Positions 63,101 to 64,000 of a DNA stretch of 64,000 nt are shown here, piece by piece; the first letter of the stretch is position 1, and the number at the start of each line of letters is the position of its first letter. A program made the position numbers and the translations under genes. The notes under the pieces are model-generated. The model saw only the letters and a program-made list of their open reading frames with translations. It was not told the DNA's origin and made no database searches. The stretch is from Bilabrum cf. latius (taxonomy: Eukaryota). The stretch is taken from contig OZ237739.1 of the NCBI GenBank assembly GCA_965178125.1, positions 310,001-374,000 of the forward strand, read 5' to 3'.

Positions 63101-64000
63101 TCAGTGCCAGCGTGCCGATGATGATTGCAGCCAGCAGCGACCTCGTCTGCAGGATCACGCCGCACCACACCACGGTCACCATCGCAGCTGCCAGCATCAG
63201 GACAAAGGCTGGCTTGAGCTGCAGCTCCAGGGCCCACTGGTTGACGGCCTTGAAGCGCTTGGCCTCGGCGATGCGCGCCTCGGAGTAGCGCGCGGTCTGA
63301 TCCTCGTTGGCGCGAGTTGCCTCGGCCACGATCAGTCTCTGCTTCACATCCATTGCCTCCCAATCCTCTTCCCGCTCGTCCCTGCGCATGCGAACGCTCA
63401 GGCCCCACGCCAGCGTGGGGATAAACAGGATCAGCGCGACCGCAGAGAAGAACACGCCAGTGATGTGCTCCCCGGTCCAGCACGACACCTGCTCGCACAG
63501 CCCCTCGGTCTGACGGAAGGTACCGAAGGGAAACCCGCACGTCCAGATCTGCATGAAGATGATCAGCATCGGCACAGGCAGAATCAGCAGGATCACGTAA
63601 GCAACGAACACGAAGATCTCCCACAGGAAAGGGTGCATGATGTCGCGGCCCTCCTCAGGCTGCGTGTCTGACCCCTGCGAGTCGTAGCCGTCTTCCTCAG
63701 AGTCCGTACCGGCGGCCTCTGCCTGCCTTGTCTCGTCCTGCGCGTCCGAGTCCGTCGATCCCAGGGACTGCATCCGGCTGCTAAACCCTGCGTTCGTCAC
63801 ACCCGTCATGCCAGTCACGCGGCTGAATTCCGAGTCCTTTCGGCCCTTGGCACCCCTGCCTCCCGTGGTTCCATCCTGCTTTCCACCCCAGCCTGACCCG
63901 CCCTTTTGGGGTGAGTCCAGAAGCGACTTGCCGTCGAAGGGATTGGCGGGACGATCCGCCTCATCGTCGGCATCATCGTCCTCGTCTTGCGAGTTGCTGC
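60177..64000 (-). CDS. Multi-pass membrane protein with long acidic/low-complexity tail, 5'-partial
   Basis: The frame is open from the window edge. About six TM helices include a C..CWTGEH loop motif. The tail is rich in D/E/G/S and K/R. Ends TAA 60177-60179. Confidence 0.75.
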   Translation of the reverse strand, partial: SNSQDEDDDADDEADRPANPFDGKSLLDSPQKGGSGWGGKQDGTTGGRGAKGRKDSEFSRVTGMTGVTNAGFSSRMQSLGSTDSDAQDETRQAEAAGTDSEEDGYDSQGSDTQPEEGRDIMHPFLWEIFVFVAYVILLILPVPMLIIFMQIWTCGFPFGTFRQTEGLCEQVSCWTGEHITGVFFSAVALILFIPTLAWGLSVRMRRDEREEDWEAMDVKQRLIVAEATRANEDQTARYSEARIAEAKRFKAVNQWALELQLKPAFVLMLAAAMVTVVWCGVILQTRSLLAAIIIGTLALTALAIATWLKNPLPFERAHDLARLPIVIAAIIAWLLLITHVAIPDAADAPDVGDLSEDGELPSRENNDMQYDSNVIVILATLIWVSAGVAITVYWNTEDCRAHDGLPLFRNWGDTSKGKRSSQVLPEGFNAKGEKVGKGGKGDDVDAAVMAIANRVRTDSGDANEHSVGDVAPNLLKQVRQSQIDLRAATHALEKDKGKGDIDEDEMAELKKDYDRSMGLEGVPERDPEGAADGDRSAAVASGSLASQDLEGAIVLDGDDDDFEDFDLVAMAVDNADREADHEAPDEEEQMAAEMAAKMPKTPGAGTTPAGAVGAVGAGSGFFGAGDVNVSGKSHGSMASVAEQAAMVRRASLRWRSQTSKSKGTNSRTDTHGSTSSRTDTHGNEVVEAGSSKSRGGNRRQSAVDMFRFDDSGDDDEEENVTGSAGKEAAIGKDSKARRNSSVVKLPDLPGMGGMGQQEQGSGRESPAADANDQRVADMLEGLSASTNAAPIRPDQSGGERSAAADPAVDAEPELGRAENSGPVRSAGWRQRGSAPEDAAEADTSNKAADALAEASKERLGAGRDSAGASSGGKKRRASLLPDIAGATGGSRGGSGEGAGLGDGEIEDDMDFGLGGDLDILTQMVEHAEDGFDEDEDGLNSRDVSRDVSSTSAGARGRETSSGSAGSAGSGGDGAGTSTRGRARGAAGADEVQGEDALAMAAAMLAQDGSGGGHGGGSSSQTTTTTTTTTTYHTYEDGEEAEDEDADGNKVVTTTSKTTKKHKRRRRRSSIAAGGEADGADGADGDKKKKKHRRRRRSSVVSSQDDADAAGGEVGGDSSGKKRKKHKKKKGGRRRSSVASGEHSGGLAAAARSLRDQEEQRLEESAERSREASGAQTSTTGRSSEQSGALASGSRGAFGAGKQSQTSLPPLPGASGTDRGSADFSRGAEHDEDGGLSGDAFDLEAALAGAEGGDMDLVEALVGQAEDEFEMDED

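Noticed and set aside
1-64000. Widespread pseudogenisation or sequencing error as the cause of the broken ORFs
   Set aside because: The interruptions are exclusively TAG, never frameshifts or internal TAA/TGA, and they coincide with conserved Gln sites and poly-Q runs while catalytic motifs stay intact.
1-64000. Prokaryotic or viral origin; tRNA-Gln(CUA) or eRF1 gene inside the window
   Set aside because: Spliceosomal introns and ciliary/centrosomal genes indicate a eukaryotic nucleus. I could not recognise any tRNA, release factor, transposase or viral hallmark gene by eye; tRNAscan-SE would be needed to exclude a tRNA.

Overview
GC-rich, gene-dense eukaryotic (protist) nuclear DNA with short GT-AG spliceosomal introns (mostly about 90-130 nt, 5' GTGAG, 3' YGCAG). 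The main result is that this genome appears to use a variant nuclear genetic code in which TAG encodes glutamine, while TGA and TAA remain stops. In-frame TAGs fall on conserved Gln positions of a TTLL polyglutamylase, a GH31 glycosidase and an HDDC2 nucleotidase, and they are mixed with CAG inside poly-Gln runs. Reading TAG as Q joins the fragmented ORF track into about 21 intact genes that end in TGA or TAA. These are Pth2, HDDC2, a giant AP2-domain protein, an Sfi1-repeat centrin-binding protein, a secreted GH-A-like protein, a GT8 glycosyltransferase, an Est1/SMG5-7-like protein, an LtrA membrane protein, GH31, a FAIM-PX-PDZ protein, a CFAP97-like protein, a RING E3 ligase, MnSOD, TTLL, GH95, a multi-pass membrane protein and several hypotheticals. 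The MnSOD gene appears to need a 2-nt microexon. A 6x45-bp minisatellite copies the LtrA stop codon. No rRNA, tRNA, CRISPR or mobile element was recognised. Domain calls come from motif recognition by eye, not from database searches.
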